Under the pieces are notes generated by a model. It had not been told where the DNA came from, did not search any database, and was given only the letters and a program-made list of their open reading frames with translations. A stretch of DNA of 50,119 bases, counting the filler, from Streblomastix strix (lineage: Eukaryota), in assembly GCA_008636045.1 (NCBI GenBank). It is 2 parts of 2 records of this genome, joined end to end, with 100 filler letters (N's around TTAATTAATTAA, not from the genome) between each part and the next. Parts side by side here need not be neighbours in the genome. Positions count along the whole stretch, not along the records: positions 25,116 to 50,119 come from SNRW01000216.1; 1 more part is not named here. One strand, 5' to 3'. Shown here piece after piece: positions 48,189 to 50,119 of this stretch; position 1 is the stretch's first letter; each line of letters begins with the position of its first letter. The translations under genes were made by a program, and so were the position numbers.

Positions 48189-48739
48189 CAAAACTAAGCT
48201 TACTATAATTAATAATATATAAAATATATAAATTTAATAAAAAATATAATAAAGCGTTATATTTGATTACTGTGTCACATTTTAAAATTTATAAATCTGA
48301 GTTTAAAAAAATAAAAATTTGTTGATATGTTTTTTACATCAAATTACTTATTAAAACATAATTTAAACAATAAAACTTTAAATAAATATTGTATTAATAT
48401 AAAAATAATTAAAATATTAACTTTTATATGAACGTGCCATATATGAAAAATGTTTTTTCAATTTTAAGGCTTAAAGAATGATATACGTAATAATATCAAT
48501 ACTCAATAAAATTAAAGACATTTTTCTTTATAAATTTCAAATGTATATGTATGAAGAGCACTAAATCAACGAATCTTGTAGTTCTTTAACCGCAAAGACA
48601 TTCATAATTTTAAACATTGATTATTTGTTATGTAAATATTTCTTAGTAATTTATTAAGAATTTTTAAGATTATTCTATGGAAAAGATAAGAGATAAAATT
48701 TAACAATGACAAATTGAGCCAGATTCCGTGCCTACCAAT

Positions 48740-49400
48740 GTCTACAAAATAACCCCAGCTCATTCATAAATAAATCGATCAAAGTACAAAATGGAACTCG
48801 AACATACTTGTAAAGAGTTGAACGGCTAGAGCTGTGGGCGTTTTATTTTTTCCAAAATTTTTCTATTATTTTAAAGCCAAAAATCAAAAACGCTCTCTAA
48901 AAAATAACCCCCTCTCATTCGATGGAAAAAATTAATATAGCTCCAAAAAAAAACTTAAATTATGAGTTTTAGTTTCGTGGTTGGCGATCTGTGGTCATTT
49001 TACATTTCAGAATTTTTTCTATTCTTTTAAAGCGAAAAATCGAAAACGCTCTCTAAAAAATAACCCCCCCCCTCAATCGAAGGGAAAAAATTCATATAAC
49101 ACAATAAAATAAAAATTAGAAGCTGAAACAATGTGGAGGATAACCTGTGGTCATTTTATTGAGATTGGAAAATGGGGTCTTGAAAAAAATTAAAACGTTC
49201 TCTAAAAAATAACCCCTGCTCATTCAATAGGAAAATGCGCTTATGGGCCATTAGACATAAATTGAAAGTTTTGGTGTCGTGGCCGACGATCTGCGGTCAT
49301 TTCAAATTTTAATAGGGATTAGATGCAAATCTTGCCATCCAGATATGATCTAGAAAAAATAAGAAAATTTTGACATGAACCCCAGCCATTATTAAAAAAA
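48740..49400. repeat. Degenerate ~150-165-bp tandem array with conserved boxes
   Basis: AAAACGYTCTCTAAAAAATAACCCC three times. The AACCCC core occurs at about 48751, 48906, 49062, 49211 and 49378; a CTGYGGTCATTT-like box at about 48831, 48989, 49145 and 49291. Confidence 0.8.
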
Positions 49401-49801
49401 ATATTGTTAGAATACTAATATTCTTAGTTTTTAGGAAAAAGACGAGAAAAAGCTGTAGCACGTGCAGATCTGCTCTGATATATAATTTGTTGGTATACCA
49501 CCTCCTTATTTGGCATTTCTCAAAGAATGAGCTGGGGTTGTTTTGGAAGCACGCGTAAGCAAAAAATTTTCCCTACCCTATCTTCATATATGCCTAAAAT
49601 GCCATGGTTAATAAAATTAAATAAAAATTATAATCTTAAATAATCCTGATTAATCACCACTTAAATTAGATTTTAAAGAATAATTCTATAAATTAATAAA
49701 ATTTTAAATAGAAATCCTAAAGAAAATTTCTTGAATTCTAAATAAATTTCATATGTTAACCTCTACAAAATTTAAGTAATTAAAACTTCAACTATTTTCT
49801 T

Positions 49802-50119
49802 TGAAATATAGTATAATTTGCATATGAAATAGAAAATTGCTCCAAAATTTAAAATTAGTTTGAATTATTCGGTTCATTATTTTTTAAGGTTTTCTATGGA
49901 AAAGATTAGAGATAAAGTTAATGAATAATATAAAATAGTTATTTATAATATTTCTTAAGTCCAGATCAACATGACATTTAGTTTTTCTCCAAAATTTTAT
50001 TCGCTATCTATAGAAATTATATTCATTAAAAATTCAAATAATAATGAACTGAATAATTCAAATTAATTTTAAATTTTGGAGCAATTTTCTATTTTATATG
50101 CAAATTATACTATATTTCA
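49802..50119. repeat. Inverted repeat with ~80-bp arms and ~155-bp spacer (MITE/foldback-like); right arm reaches the window edge
   Basis: tgaaatatagtataatttgcatatgaaatagaaaattgctccaaaatttaaaattagtttgaattattcggttcattatt (from 49802) matches the reverse complement of ~50040-50119 with three mismatches. Confidence 0.9.

Noticed and set aside
48740..49400. CRISPR array or telomeric repeat
   Set aside because: Eukaryotic context, no cas genes, period ~155 bp with mutually related spacers; AACCCC occurs singly rather than in tandem.

Overview
Very AT-rich, intron-containing eukaryotic DNA in which TAA/TAG are read as Gln and TGA is the only stop. The supplied standard-code ORF track is therefore largely misleading. 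The code, the short GT-AG introns and the gene-family style fit an oxymonad such as Streblomastix; this is inference, not proof. The window is two contigs joined by an artificial N44-TTAATTAATTAA-N44 spacer (25016-25115). Left contig: (i) a >2,600-aa minus-strand gene with a ~95-residue TAA-encoded poly-Gln tract, a UBZ-like Zn finger and ARM-like repeats; (ii) a decayed mobile-DNA and pseudogene zone with two ~1.13-kb direct repeats carrying an EF-hand gene fragment, which bracket a 3'-truncated DIRS-like retroelement (RT/RNase H/adenine-MTase-like), an ARM-family gene and a NEK-like kinase fragment; (iii) a frameshifted Polinton-type protein-primed DNA polymerase B with an embedded EndoVII/HNH-like module; (iv) the 3' exons of a SPRY-like gene. 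Right contig: a UBL-like/low-complexity gene, a DH-PH RhoGEF ending in a C-terminal transmembrane tail anchor, a membrane-anchored protein with wolframin-like/OB-fold-like repeats, an ARM-family gene, two very large coiled-coil/low-complexity genes, and a terminal non-coding zone with a ~155-bp degenerate repeat array and an ~80-bp-arm inverted repeat. All translations were done by eye, so exon boundaries and family calls need computational confirmation.
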